Below are positions 7,511-17,985 of a stretch of DNA of 27,906 bases, in pieces. The translations under genes were made by a program, and so were the position numbers. Origin of the DNA: Bdellovibrionota bacterium FG-1 (GTDB lineage Bacteria > Bdellovibrionota > UBA1018); NCBI GenBank assembly GCA_051382295.1, contig JBBCAW010000128.1:1-27906 (forward strand). Reading direction: 5' to 3'. The notes below the pieces were generated by a model. The model was given only the letters and a program-made list of their open reading frames with translations. It made no database searches and had not been told where the DNA came from. Each line of letters begins with the position of its first letter. Position 1 is the stretch's first letter.

Positions 7511-8935
7511 GTGGCGTCTTTCATTTCCACACATTTTGCGATCTGGGTGGTCTTTTCCGCCTTTTTAAATACTGCGATAGAAACGTCGCACTCCGCATGG
7601 GCTGAACCGCCATTAGCCAAATCAGTGATATCCACCCTCAAGACACAGGCAATGGAGAAGTCCCCGGACATCCGTCAAGCCCAGACGACGATGAGCGCAA
7701 AGCAGGCCCAGCTTTATACTTCCTGGGCAAGATGGGCACCTCGCGTCGATCTCCAAGTCAGTGGAACTCAGCAGCAAAACTATAGCTTTCTGACCAGCCT
7801 CCAGGCCTCGGGGATTACGGGTTTTCCGATCTCCGGCGGGGTTCCCGTCACCAGCCTTTACTCCTGGCAACTCGGCTTTACTCTTCCCATCTACAAACGC
7901 TCCGTTCATCTTTCCATTTTGCAATCTCTCGCCGAAAGATCACTTGCTGAGGCTCAACTTGAGTCCAAAATCAACGAACTCGACTGGCACCTTCGACAAC
8001 TTCTTGGAGATTTTCTTGTCAAAACTTACCAGCTCGCAACTCTCCGAGGTTCTTTGGAGCAGGGACAAAGCAATCTCAAGGACGCGAAGCTCCGTTTTCA
8101 ACTGGGACAAAACACCCGGGTTGACGTTTTACGAGCCGAGGCCAATTTAGTCTCGCTCGAATCCAAACGGCTGACCTTTGAACAACAGCGTAAGACGAGC
8201 CTCAGCGCCTTTCTTGAGTACTCCGGCTTTACCCTGGAGGAATTCAAACTTTCCGCGATTGAATCCTTTCTCAAGGACGAAGCAGAGACTTTGACCTTTA
8301 TCGAACAATTTACCGAAACCGAGTCACTGCGCCAGAAGCTGACGCAATATGAGGATCCGGCCCGTAAGCTCGTAGAATCCGGCCCGAATTACCGCGCCTA
8401 CTTGGACCAAGAAGACCTAGCCAATGCGCAAGCCCGACAAGTCATGCTGGCAGAATGGCCTGAACTCGACCTCCAAGGCAATCTCAACAAACAAAGTGCC
8501 TCTAACAACGCCTTTTCGGATTTGAGCAATCTCTCTCAAAATGTCTCGTATGCCTTAGGCTTCACCGTCACGATCCCCATCTTTTCGTGGGGAACCACCG
8601 TAAGTACCCTGACCCAAATTTCGAAGACCGCTCAGGTCAACGAAATACAACGTCAACGCGATACCCTCAAACTCAAGAACGAGGTCGAAAACGATCAACT
8701 CCGAGTGGAAGCGCTCACCCGCTCGGTCGAATCCTTGAAAATCAATGTTGCGCAAAACGAGGAGATCGTCCGTCTCTCCCAAAAAAGTTACACGCTGGGC
8801 AAAGCGACGCTAGTGGAACTTCTCGGTAGCCAAAACGATTTGATCACTTCGAAAATTAACTTAGCCCAAAACCGGGTAGACTTGTCAGTCACAGTTCGAA
8901 AGCTGGCATGGAACCTGGGCGTCCACGGGGATTGA
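7511..8935 (+). CDS. TolC-family outer membrane efflux protein
   Basis: Signal-like N-terminus; two OEP repeats (RFQLGQNTRVDVLRAE and SYTLGKATLVELL); followed by adaptor and ABC genes. Confidence 0.9.
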   Translation: MASFISTHFAIWVVFSAFLNTAIETSHSAWAEPPLAKSVISTLKTQAMEKSPDIRQAQTTMSAKQAQLYTSWARWAPRVDLQVSGTQQQNYSFLTSLQASGITGFPISGGVPVTSLYSWQLGFTLPIYKRSVHLSILQSLAERSLAEAQLESKINELDWHLRQLLGDFLVKTYQLATLRGSLEQGQSNLKDAKLRFQLGQNTRVDVLRAEANLVSLESKRLTFEQQRKTSLSAFLEYSGFTLEEFKLSAIESFLKDEAETLTFIEQFTETESLRQKLTQYEDPARKLVESGPNYRAYLDQEDLANAQARQVMLAEWPELDLQGNLNKQSASNNAFSDLSNLSQNVSYALGFTVTIPIFSWGTTVSTLTQISKTAQVNEIQRQRDTLKLKNEVENDQLRVEALTRSVESLKINVAQNEEIVRLSQKSYTLGKATLVELLGSQNDLITSKINLAQNRVDLSVTVRKLAWNLGVHGD

Positions 8936-8942
8936 AGACCGA

Positions 8943-9962
8943 ATGAATCGCAACTCTATGACAACCACCACCCTCATTTTTTCCACAATCCTGCTTCTCG
9001 CCCTATCCACCGAGGGATGCTCCAAAGGGCCCAAACTCAAAGGCGTCAAGGCCACCCAAACGATGGTCGAAACCACCGTAAGCACCACCAGCTCCGGAAC
9101 GGTGGATGCGGAACAGCAGGCCGTTCTGGGATTTTCAACCACGGGTCGAATTGCGAAGATCAATGTCCGACTGGGCTCCGCCGCTCGAAAAGGCCAGGTT
9201 CTCGCAGAACTTGAAAATATCGACCTCCGGTCGATTCTTGATGATTCTGAAAACGAGCTCAAGCGAAGTCGGGAGCTTTTCGCCAATGGGCTGGTTTCGA
9301 AGGCAGCCTTGGATACCGCCAAGAAGAATAACGATATTGCCCGCGCGAATCTGGATCGCACCCTCTTACGTGCCCCTTTCGACGGCGTCGTAACCGAGAT
9401 GAATTTAGAATTGGGCGAACTCGCGCAATCGACGGTCTCACCTACGAAAGCCCTCTTGCGACTCATCGATATGAAGCCTCGAATTATCAAAGGCGAAATC
9501 GATGAGGTGGACCTTGCCAAAGTCAAGGTCGGGGATCCCGCACGGGTCAAAATTCAAGCGGCGCGGCCTCAGCCATTTTCCGCCAAGATCCGGCGGGTCG
9601 TCCCTTTCGTAAGCACCACAAAAGAACAGGATCGCACCTCACAGATTGAGCTTCAAATGGCCGAGACTGAATCCCTCATTCCGGTCGGAGCCTCCGCGGA
9701 TGTCGAAATCATTACCCATACTAAGCCAGAGGCCCTCGCGGTGCCGACCCGGGCGATTCTGGGCACTGGAGGCCAGAAGTACCTTTACCGATTCGATGGG
9801 AAAAAAATTCACAAAACCGTCATTAAGCTAGGCGTTGGAAACTACGAACGTACGGAAATTCTTTCAGGAGTGACCAATGGAGAAGTAGTGGTTTACCCTT
9901 CAGACGACTTCGAACTCAAAGACGACATGCGGGTCCAAGTGGAGCTCTTGCCATGGCCTTAA
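8943..9962 (+). CDS. Periplasmic adaptor (MacA/HlyD-like membrane fusion protein)
   Basis: Lipoyl halves GRIAKINV..G..RKGQVLA and LRAPFDGVV; IDEVDLAKVKVG; possible lipoprotein Cys (EGC). Confidence 0.92.
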   Translation: MNRNSMTTTTLIFSTILLLALSTEGCSKGPKLKGVKATQTMVETTVSTTSSGTVDAEQQAVLGFSTTGRIAKINVRLGSAARKGQVLAELENIDLRSILDDSENELKRSRELFANGLVSKAALDTAKKNNDIARANLDRTLLRAPFDGVVTEMNLELGELAQSTVSPTKALLRLIDMKPRIIKGEIDEVDLAKVKVGDPARVKIQAARPQPFSAKIRRVVPFVSTTKEQDRTSQIELQMAETESLIPVGASADVEIITHTKPEALAVPTRAILGTGGQKYLYRFDGKKIHKTVIKLGVGNYERTEILSGVTNGEVVVYPSDDFELKDDMRVQVELLPWP

Positions 9963-10645
9963 TCGAAGTGTCCGACGTATCTAAATCCTTTGTCATGGGC
10001 AAGGAAACCATTCGGGCGCTGGATGGGGTTTCGTTCAAAATCCAAGAAGGCGATTTGGTTTCGATCATTGGCCCGTCCGGGAGCGGAAAGTCCACGCTCA
10101 TGAATATCCTGGGCTTGTTAGATCTGCCCAACTCCGGGACCTATTTCCTTGATGGCAAAGATGTAAGTCGTCTCAATGACGACGAGCGCGCCATGATGAG
10201 AAACCAAAAGATCGGCTTCGTTTTTCAGAGCTTCAATCTTTTGCCACGAGCCTCTGCCCTACGCAATGTTGAGATGCCCCTGGTTTACTCCGCAAGTTAT
10301 GACCGATCCTTCTCCAAGACCAAGATCCGCGAGATGGCACTCAGCGCTCTCGCCCTCGTCAAACTGAGTGATCGCGTCGATCACAAGCCCAACGAGCTTT
10401 CTGGGGGCCAAAGGCAACGCGTGGCTATCGCACGAGCCTTAGTCAATCGCCCCAAGATTCTTTTTGCGGATGAACCCACCGGCAATTTGGACTCACGCTC
10501 GGGTCAGGAGATTCTCGGACTTTTTGACGAACTCCACCGCCAGGGTGTGACGGTAATCATTGTCACCCACGACCCCAAGATCGCGACCCGCACGCATCGA
10601 ATCCTCAATGTTTTTGATGGAAAAGTGACCGAGGAGAAACGCTAA
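9953..10645 (+). CDS. ABC transporter ATP-binding protein (MacB/LolD type)
   Basis: [23 protein letters not shown] and [10 protein letters not shown]. Confidence 0.95.
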   Translation: MALIEVSDVSKSFVMGKETIRALDGVSFKIQEGDLVSIIGPSGSGKSTLMNILGLLDLPNSGTYFLDGKDVSRLNDDERAMMRNQKIGFVFQSFNLLPRASALRNVEMPLVYSASYDRSFSKTKIREMALSALALVKLSDRVDHKPNELSGGQRQRVAIARALVNRPKILFADEPTGNLDSRSGQEILGLFDELHRQGVTVIIVTHDPKIATRTHRILNVFDGKVTEEKR

Positions 10646-10647
10646 CC

Positions 10648-11856
10648 ATGCCTTTTTCGGAGATTCTCAAGCTGGCTTATGAAGCCTTGATCAGCAACAA
10701 ACTCCGAGCTGGACTAACGATGCTCGGGATGATCATCGGCGTTGGCGCGGTGGTGCTGTTGGTCTCGATCGGAAACGGGGCCAAGAATTACATCACACAT
10801 GAATTTGAGGGCATGGGATCCAACCTCATCATTGTTAATCCCGGAAAAACCGACAAAAAGAGCGGCTTTGGTCCGCCCAATAGCAGCGTCAAACGCAAAC
10901 TGACGATCCGGGACGTCGAGGCGCTCGAGCGATTTTCTTTTAATCTGGATGGAGTCACCGGAATCGTGTTCGGAACCGGGAGCGTAAAAACGGGCGAACA
11001 AACCACGAACGTCAGTATTATGGGAGCACGGGATTCTTTAACCCATATTTTCAATGTCAAGATTGGGCAAGGCGTCTTCTACTCCCGCGAGGAAGAAGAA
11101 GCCGGCCGACGCGTAGCCGTCCTGGGTTATAATGTCGCCCACAATCTTTTTGGCGATGAGAGCGCCCTAGGTAAGCTCGTCAAGATCAATGAGAGCGAGC
11201 ATCGAGTGATTGGCGTCACCCAAAAAACAGGCGAGACCTTGGGTTTCAATATGGACGATGTCGTCCTGATTCCTACGCGCGACGCCATGCGAGTTTTCAA
11301 TGACGACAAATTATTCGGAATTCGCGCCAAGGCCAAAGCCCGCGTCAGCGTCGATGATGCGGTCATGGAGGTCAAAGAGATCCTTAAGCAACGTCACAAC
11401 GGTGAGGAAGACTTTACGGTGCTCACCCAGGTTTCAATGCTGCAAACCATGAACACCATTCTTGGAATGCTCACTTTTGCGCTCGGCGGGATCGCCATGA
11501 TTTCAATGGTCGTAGGCGGGATCGGAATCATGAATATCATGCTAGTCAGCGTCACTGAACGTACACGAGAGATCGGGATCCGCCGCGCCGTCGGGGCGCG
11601 ACGCAAGGATGTGCTCAGGCAATTCATCGCGGAAGCCCTCGTCCTATCCCTTCTTGGCGGACTCATCGGTCTTTTGAGTTCGGCGGCAATCACCTACATC
11701 ATTTATTTTGCCGTGCCAAAATTTGATATGCGCGCCCCCTTCTGGATTCTGATCCCCGCGTTCGCGATGTCCAGCGTGGTTGGAATCATCTTTGGCGTTT
11801 GGCCCGCACATAAGGCTTCACAGATTGAAACGATTGATGCCTTGAGGTTTGAATAA
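10648..11856 (+). CDS. ABC transporter permease (MacB/FtsX type)
   Basis: LTMLGMIIGV and GGIGIMNIMLVSVTERTREIGIR. Confidence 0.95.
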   Translation: MPFSEILKLAYEALISNKLRAGLTMLGMIIGVGAVVLLVSIGNGAKNYITHEFEGMGSNLIIVNPGKTDKKSGFGPPNSSVKRKLTIRDVEALERFSFNLDGVTGIVFGTGSVKTGEQTTNVSIMGARDSLTHIFNVKIGQGVFYSREEEEAGRRVAVLGYNVAHNLFGDESALGKLVKINESEHRVIGVTQKTGETLGFNMDDVVLIPTRDAMRVFNDDKLFGIRAKAKARVSVDDAVMEVKEILKQRHNGEEDFTVLTQVSMLQTMNTILGMLTFALGGIAMISMVVGGIGIMNIMLVSVTERTREIGIRRAVGARRKDVLRQFIAEALVLSLLGGLIGLLSSAAITYIIYFAVPKFDMRAPFWILIPAFAMSSVVGIIFGVWPAHKASQIETIDALRFE

Positions 11857-11881
11857 AATGGAGACGACTACCTAGTGCGCT

Positions 11882-13981
11882 ATGTTCTCATTTAACCCAG
11901 CCCTCAGACTGCGTCGCCTGCTGATCGATCCCGCTCAGCCATTCATTCACCGGGATTTGAGCTGGCTTCAATTCAACTCTCGGGTTTTGGCCGAAGCCAA
12001 GCTCGAGACCAATCCCCTGCTCGAACGAGTCAAGTTTCTCTCGATTTCCTCCTCCAATTTAGATGAATTTTTCATGATCCGGATGGCCGCTTTGGGTAAA
12101 ACGATTGCTGCCGCGCTACGCCGAGGTAACCCAAGGCAACTTCAACGCCAAAGACGTATTCGCTCCCTGATTCTTGGCATTGTCCGCAAACATCTTAAAC
12201 AGCAGGCCCAAACGCTCGATGCGCTGAGTGCGGCATTGACTCCGGTCGGCATCCATATTGTTTCCGATCCTCGAAGTTCGAATCTGACACTCTTTTTAGC
12301 AAAACAGGTTTTCGATGAACAAGTGTTTCCAGAACTCTCACCTCCCGAACCCTACGGCTCAGCTCAATTAACTCTCATCGACAACTCGCAATTTGCCGTT
12401 TTTTTTCAGTCTGGAACCTTTTTACGAATACCCAAGAAAGTTAAACCGGTCTTTTTGCTCCTCAACCCGGGCGACTCCCAAACTTATTTGTTTTTTTTGG
12501 ACCGCCTGCTAGAAATTTTTTCAGCGTCGGCTTTTCGCTTACAAGATGACCCTTTAGTTTTACGGTTGACTCGAGATGCAGACCTGAGCGTCGACTTGGA
12601 GGAAGAAGATCCCGAATCGGTCCCCGACGTCGTGATTTCCAGTTTGAGCAAACGAGAACGAGGTCGCCCCGTTCGAATCCAATACCGAGGCCGCACCGAT
12701 CCAAAATTGCTTAATCTTCTGCAAAGGATTTGGAGGCTCAGTCCTCAACAGGTTTTTGAAATGCCCACCACGATGTGCCTTCCTGGCCTCTGGCCCGTCT
12801 TGAACAGCATCCCTGAACCCATTCAAAAAGCGGTGAGTTTGATCTACCCCCCTCTCAGATCACTCGTTCCAAACGAATTTAAAAAATCGAGGGATATCTT
12901 TGAAGTATTAAAGAAACGGGACTTTCTGCTTCATCATCCGTACGATTCCTTTGATACCTACGTAAACTGGATACGAATGGCTTGTGAGGACCCATCGACC
13001 ACGACGATCCAACAAACCGTCTACAGAATGGACGCACTGTCCCCCGTGGTCGACGCCCTTAAATCGGCCGCAGGTCAAAAAAAAATCAGAGTGGTCATTG
13101 AGCTTCGGGCTCGCTTCGACGAGTTTAACAATCTGCGACTGGCAGAAGAACTCCGAAATGCGGGAGTAGAGGTGGTCTTCGGTTTTGGGAAATTGAAACT
13201 TCACGCAAAAATTGCCCTCGTCACTCGCCAAGAGGGCCCGCTCACCAAACTCTATACCCATCTCTCGACAGGAAACTACAATTCCATTACCGCAAGGCAA
13301 TATACTGATCTGGCCATCTTAACCGCAAACCAGGAAATAGGTGAAGACGCCCAGCACTTTTTTGATTCCGTGTCCCAAGGAAAAATACCACACCTGTTCA
13401 AACGCCTTGTCCCCGCGCCCACCCGTCTTCATCGGAAGATTTTGCAGCTGATTGAAGAAGAGATTTTGGCCGCCAAAAATGGAAAATCCGCAAGAATCGT
13501 GGCAAAGGTCAACACCCTGGTGGATCACGCCGTGATTCAGAAGCTTTACCTGGCTTCCAACGAAGGGGTCACAATCGACCTCATCGTACGAGGTGCGTGC
13601 GCACTGATCCCCGGAATTAAGGGACTCAGTGAAAATATTCGCGTGTTCAGTATCGTTGATCGCCTTTTGGAGCATAGCCGAATTTATTATTTTGAAAGCT
13701 CAAATGCGCTCTATCTTTCAAGCGCGGATTGGATGCCTAGAAATTTTTTCTCACGCTTGGAGCTGGCGTTTCCGATTCTCGACAAAAGGATACATGACTT
13801 TATTGTTAAGATAGTGCTTCCCACTTATCTTCAAGATCGCGTAAAAGCGCAAGAGTTGACCTCAGACGGAACCTGGCAAAAACGTCCGCTTCCAGAACGT
13901 GGCTCACCTCTACGGTCCCAATTTTATTTTGATGAATTAGCTACCCAAAAATACAAAGGAACGCCCCTTGAGTTTGACTAA
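11882..13981 (+). CDS. ppk1: Polyphosphate kinase 1
   Basis: RDLSWLQFN.RVL, SSNLDEFFMIR, LHHPYDSF, ELRARFDE, KLHAK, STGNYN, LEHSRI and SSADWMPRN. Confidence 0.97.
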   Translation: MFSFNPALRLRRLLIDPAQPFIHRDLSWLQFNSRVLAEAKLETNPLLERVKFLSISSSNLDEFFMIRMAALGKTIAAALRRGNPRQLQRQRRIRSLILGIVRKHLKQQAQTLDALSAALTPVGIHIVSDPRSSNLTLFLAKQVFDEQVFPELSPPEPYGSAQLTLIDNSQFAVFFQSGTFLRIPKKVKPVFLLLNPGDSQTYLFFLDRLLEIFSASAFRLQDDPLVLRLTRDADLSVDLEEEDPESVPDVVISSLSKRERGRPVRIQYRGRTDPKLLNLLQRIWRLSPQQVFEMPTTMCLPGLWPVLNSIPEPIQKAVSLIYPPLRSLVPNEFKKSRDIFEVLKKRDFLLHHPYDSFDTYVNWIRMACEDPSTTTIQQTVYRMDALSPVVDALKSAAGQKKIRVVIELRARFDEFNNLRLAEELRNAGVEVVFGFGKLKLHAKIALVTRQEGPLTKLYTHLSTGNYNSITARQYTDLAILTANQEIGEDAQHFFDSVSQGKIPHLFKRLVPAPTRLHRKILQLIEEEILAAKNGKSARIVAKVNTLVDHAVIQKLYLASNEGVTIDLIVRGACALIPGIKGLSENIRVFSIVDRLLEHSRIYYFESSNALYLSSADWMPRNFFSRLELAFPILDKRIHDFIVKIVLPTYLQDRVKAQELTSDGTWQKRPLPERGSPLRSQFYFDELATQKYKGTPLEFD

Positions 13982-14438
13982 AACATTGATCATCATTCGC
14001 CATGCCCACCGCGACAAAGAAATAGGCCGGTCCATTGACAACGGCCTGAGTCCCAAGGGGCATGCGCAAGCCCTCCGAATACTCAAACATTTCAAAAAAC
14101 ATTACACCAAGCTGCATCCCCTCGTGGCCAGCAGTCCTAAAAAAAGATGTTTTGAAACGGTTTTACCGCTGGTCCAAAACGACAAAAGTCGCATCGAAAC
14201 ACTTTCGTGCTTGGATGAGGGCGAACCCCTTCAAGCTAAGATCGCTCAGTTCATGCAGTGGTGGCATAAGCAAGGCAAGCCCTTGATTGTGATTTGTTCC
14301 CATGGAGACTGGATCCCTGCCTGCATTGAAGCGCTTACTGGCGAACGGCTTGAGCTCAACAAGGGGGCCTGGGCGAAATTAGAAACCAGGGACGATCAGA
14401 TCAAGCTTGTTGAGGTTATTCAAAATTTTCAAGAATGA
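13968..14438 (+). CDS. Histidine phosphatase superfamily protein (SixA-like)
   Basis: IIRHA, LSPKG..QA, SSP..RC.ET and CSHG; overlaps the ppk1 3' end. Confidence 0.85.
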   Translation: MSLTKTLIIIRHAHRDKEIGRSIDNGLSPKGHAQALRILKHFKKHYTKLHPLVASSPKKRCFETVLPLVQNDKSRIETLSCLDEGEPLQAKIAQFMQWWHKQGKPLIVICSHGDWIPACIEALTGERLELNKGAWAKLETRDDQIKLVEVIQNFQE

Positions 14439-14448
14439 GTTTTCCAAA

Positions 14449-15945
14449 TCACGCCCGCCGTAACACGATCTTTTTACGATAAATTTGCTGAAAAAGCGTT
14501 TTTCGACTTTCAACTCTGAAAACCTCGAGATCAGAATAAGAGCCCCGCGAAAACGTGATTCCCACAGAATTCTTGGCTAGGCTTACTTTTTTGATCACCA
14601 CGAGAGAGCTAGGAACCGCATCCAATGCATCCACAATGCATAAAATGCCCAACAATTTCAAAAACACCCGTCCTTGCATCGTTTCTCTTTTAAACGGCAG
14701 GGTTTTAAAATCGACCTTGGCGTGATTATGACAACGACAGAGTTGCGCAACCAGTTCGGACTCCCAATCCTCCACAAACGGAAAGTGGGAATTTTTTACG
14801 ATATAATAGGAGTGTTCCGGATGCCCGACGATCGATACGGCTTTGCCGACATTCCGTAACACCACAGCGGCTTCAAGGTAGAGGCTCCAATTTTGATCCA
14901 ATTTATGGAGAGGCCGAAACTTCTGAAAAAGAATCTCAGCGTTTTTGCATACAGCTTTGATATTTTTCTCATCGCCACCCAGTTTTTTGGCCTTCTCCAT
15001 GAGATCGGGCAGATGGAGCGCCATGTTGGATTTTATATGTTTGTCGACTAATTCCACTTGTTCCCTAACAATCCCATCCCGAAGCGAGTAATCGGTGGGT
15101 ATAATACGCTCTGCACCAAAAGCGGTCACGCACTCCTCCAAAAGGATAGCTCCTGCCAAAATCATATCTACGCGCTTGGCTTCCATTCCCGAAAGACCCA
15201 GAAGTTGAGTGGTAGTCATCTGGCTCATCTTTTTGACCAGCAACCGTAACTCATGGGTACCCAAAACCTTTCGTCCGGTTTGCTTTTTGGCAATTTTAGT
15301 TAAAGCTTTGATCGTGCCGCTCGAACCCATCACTTCCGAGACTTTGAGGGAGGTGCTCGCAGATAAATGCACGGGGAGGCCCTTGCGAATGAATTGCCGA
15401 AGTTTTTCAATACTCTCAGCGGACGGAGGGCTCTTCTTAAGGAAAACTTGCTGTAACCGGGCTGTTCCGAGCGGGAGGCTTTCACAATAGAGAATCTTTT
15501 TGTTATGAACCATGCTGATTTCGGTACTGCCACCCCCGATGTCAATGAGGGCCGTGCGGACTTTGGGAAGCTTGGCGTTGCTCAAAATGCCAAGAGCAAT
15601 GAGTCGGGCTTCCTCCGATCCCGAGATGGTACGAACATCAATGCCGGTGATTTTTTTTATTTGATCGACAAGCTTGGGGCCATCCATGGCCTCACGCAAC
15701 GCACTTGTCCCCAGCGCGATAATTCGACTGACCGAGAACTCATCCGAAATCCGCCTAAAGGTCGAAAAGGCATGGATCGCCCTATGGATGGCGTTCCGAT
15801 CCAACCGTCCTTTGACAAAAACACCTTGGCCCAAACGAATCATCACCTTTTCTCGATGAAGGACCCTGGCCGATTTTTTTGGTCCCAATTGATGAATGTC
15901 AAAACGAACCGAATTTGTGCCCAAATCGATGATGGCAATCCTCAT
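14449..15945 (-). CDS. ppx: Exopolyphosphatase Ppx/GppA family
   Basis: IDLGTNSVR, GTSALREA, ISGSEEARL, IDIGGGSTE and LRDG; C-terminal HD-like domain. Confidence 0.93.
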   Translation of the reverse strand: MRIAIIDLGTNSVRFDIHQLGPKKSARVLHREKVMIRLGQGVFVKGRLDRNAIHRAIHAFSTFRRISDEFSVSRIIALGTSALREAMDGPKLVDQIKKITGIDVRTISGSEEARLIALGILSNAKLPKVRTALIDIGGGSTEISMVHNKKILYCESLPLGTARLQQVFLKKSPPSAESIEKLRQFIRKGLPVHLSASTSLKVSEVMGSSGTIKALTKIAKKQTGRKVLGTHELRLLVKKMSQMTTTQLLGLSGMEAKRVDMILAGAILLEECVTAFGAERIIPTDYSLRDGIVREQVELVDKHIKSNMALHLPDLMEKAKKLGGDEKNIKAVCKNAEILFQKFRPLHKLDQNWSLYLEAAVVLRNVGKAVSIVGHPEHSYYIVKNSHFPFVEDWESELVAQLCRCHNHAKVDFKTLPFKRETMQGRVFLKLLGILCIVDALDAVPSSLVVIKKVSLAKNSVGITFSRGSYSDLEVFRVESRKTLFQQIYRKKIVLRRA

Positions 15946-16006
15946 ATCTTGAAAGCCATATCATCCCTTCACGGAGTTTTGGAACGGATTCGATCCTCCG
16001 CAGTGC

Positions 16007-16573
16007 TTAGATTTTACCCACCAGATCCACCCCCGGTTTCAACGTTTTTGCACCTGGAGTCCACTTGGCAGGACAGACTTCGCCTGAATGAGAGTCCACA
16101 AACTGGGCTGCCTGGACTTTCCGGAACAACTCATCGGAGTTACGGCCGATTCCATTGTCCTGAATTTCGGCGATCTTGATTCGACCCTCAGGGTCGACCA
16201 CGAACGTGCCGCGATAGGCAAGCCCCGCTTCCTCAATATGTACACCGAACGCACGAGTGAGATATCCGGTGGGATCGGCAAGCATCGGGTATCTGATCTT
16301 TTTAATGGTCTCAGACGCGTCATGCCACGCCTTGTGTACAAAATGGGTGTCCGTGCTCACGGAGTAAACCTCGACTCCCAGTTTTTGAAAAGCATCGTAC
16401 TTGTCGGCCATGTCGCCGAGTTCAGTCGGGCATACGAAGGTAAAGTCGGCAGGGTAGAAAAAAAATACCGACCACTTCCCGTTCAGGTCATTCTGCGTCA
16501 CGGTCTTGAAAACCCCATTATGATAGGCTTGAACCTTAAAATCCGGAATCTTGCTATTAATAATCGTTGTCAT
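16007..16573 (-). CDS. ahpC: Alkyl hydroperoxide reductase C (2-Cys peroxiredoxin)
   Basis: FYPADFTFVCPTELGD and GEVCPAKW. Confidence 0.97.
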   Translation of the reverse strand: MTTIINSKIPDFKVQAYHNGVFKTVTQNDLNGKWSVFFFYPADFTFVCPTELGDMADKYDAFQKLGVEVYSVSTDTHFVHKAWHDASETIKKIRYPMLADPTGYLTRAFGVHIEEAGLAYRGTFVVDPEGRIKIAEIQDNGIGRNSDELFRKVQAAQFVDSHSGEVCPAKWTPGAKTLKPGVDLVGKI

Positions 16574-16625
16574 GTTTTATTTTCCTCTTGTTTATCGATA
16601 TCGCCTAAAACTCAGAAAATATGAA

Positions 16626-16661
16626 ATCGATTAAAACTATGAAACGATAGTTGAAAACTAT
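16626..16661. promoter_or_regulatory. OxyR binding site
   Basis: ATCG-N7-CTAT-N6-ATAG-N7-CTAT upstream of ahpC, next to oxyR. Confidence 0.8.
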
Positions 16662-16671
16662 CAAAAATACA

Positions 16672-17628
16672 TCAACAAAATTCGAGCACTACCTCGTTCC
16701 GTTCACGTCGCTGATGAATTTCAGCCGGCAAGGTCTTGCTCACGGCCTCCTCGATGGCCTTGATAATCTCGAGCTTCCAATGATCGCGCCGATAGACAAA
16801 ACTGACCTCCCGCACCGGAATAGGGGCCCTGAAAGGCCGGACATGAGCGTCAAACTCTTTTTTTTCAAGCGCAACAGCCATCATCGCAGGGATCAGGGTA
16901 AATCCCCGATTTGCGCGAACCAGGCGCCGCAACGTATCCAGACTTCCACTCTGAAAATGGATATGGGTGAGCGCGGCCTCAAAGTCGGGCGGAAGTGAGC
17001 AGAAGTTCAAGACCTGACCTTTAAAACAATGGCCATCCTGAAGGAGCCACATCTGACTGGTATCAAGGTCCTCGCGCAAAACTTGAGACTTTTTCAGCAG
17101 CGGATGCCCGGGCGAAAGGTAGACAAAAAAAGGCTCGTAATAAAGCGGATGAACCTTGAAATCTGCGCCCTGAATGGGGGTTGCGAGAATCGCGCCATCA
17201 AGCCTGTCATTTTGGAGTTCGTTTAAGATCGTTTCAGTCTTCATTTCCTCGATAAAAAGTTCGACGCGGGGAAGAGCCTTGGAGAAGCTTTTGAGAAAGC
17301 GCGGCAAAAGATGACTGGAAATGGTAGGGATCACGGCAAGTCGAAAATCGCCTGCAATCTCCCCTTCTTGGACCTGCTTTGAGACATGAACGAGCTTTTG
17401 GTGTTCCCTCATCACAGCCCGAGCCTGCTCCAAAAACCGTTTCCCTTCCTGGGTGGGCAAAATCGGCTTCTTCACACGATCGAAGAGGACCATTCCGATC
17501 TCATCTTCGAGCTTTTGCAACTGCTGCGAAAGAGTCGGCTGAGTCACGTGGCAGGACGCAGAGGCTCTCCCAAAATGCCGATGTTTCTCGACGGAGAGGG
17601 CGTATTCTAACTGAGTCAAGGTAATCAT
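16672..17628 (-). CDS. oxyR: Peroxide-sensing LysR regulator OxyR
   Basis: LysR HTH (HFGRAS..CHVTQPTLS) and redox motif DGHCFKGQVLNFC (C-x8-C); upstream of ahpC. Start set at ATG 17628. Confidence 0.92.
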   Translation of the reverse strand: MITLTQLEYALSVEKHRHFGRASASCHVTQPTLSQQLQKLEDEIGMVLFDRVKKPILPTQEGKRFLEQARAVMREHQKLVHVSKQVQEGEIAGDFRLAVIPTISSHLLPRFLKSFSKALPRVELFIEEMKTETILNELQNDRLDGAILATPIQGADFKVHPLYYEPFFVYLSPGHPLLKKSQVLREDLDTSQMWLLQDGHCFKGQVLNFCSLPPDFEAALTHIHFQSGSLDTLRRLVRANRGFTLIPAMMAVALEKKEFDAHVRPFRAPIPVREVSFVYRRDHWKLEIIKAIEEAVSKTLPAEIHQRRERNEVVLEFC

Positions 17629-17985
17629 GACTGAGAGGGCTATCACAAATTCAGCATGAAATTCAACGGGGTCCCGTGGGCATTTTGGTACATAGAGGCT
17701 GTCCGGTGATTAGTCCCCATTTTTCTTCATAAAAATTAAAACATTTGGTGCATTTATAGTGAGATTAGATATGTTTTATTTATCTTGTTCACGTTAAAAA
17801 CCCAGGTAAAACATGAAGAAATACATACCAGCCCACAAACAGGACAGCTTGTTTGCGCCAACTCTGAGAACTATTCCGATCGCCTATGTGCGCTTCAACA
17901 TGACCAAATTTGTGAAGGACATGGCGTTAGGGGCCTATTCCATGCATGAGGGGTCAACATCAGGCAACAACATTAAACAGGAGAA

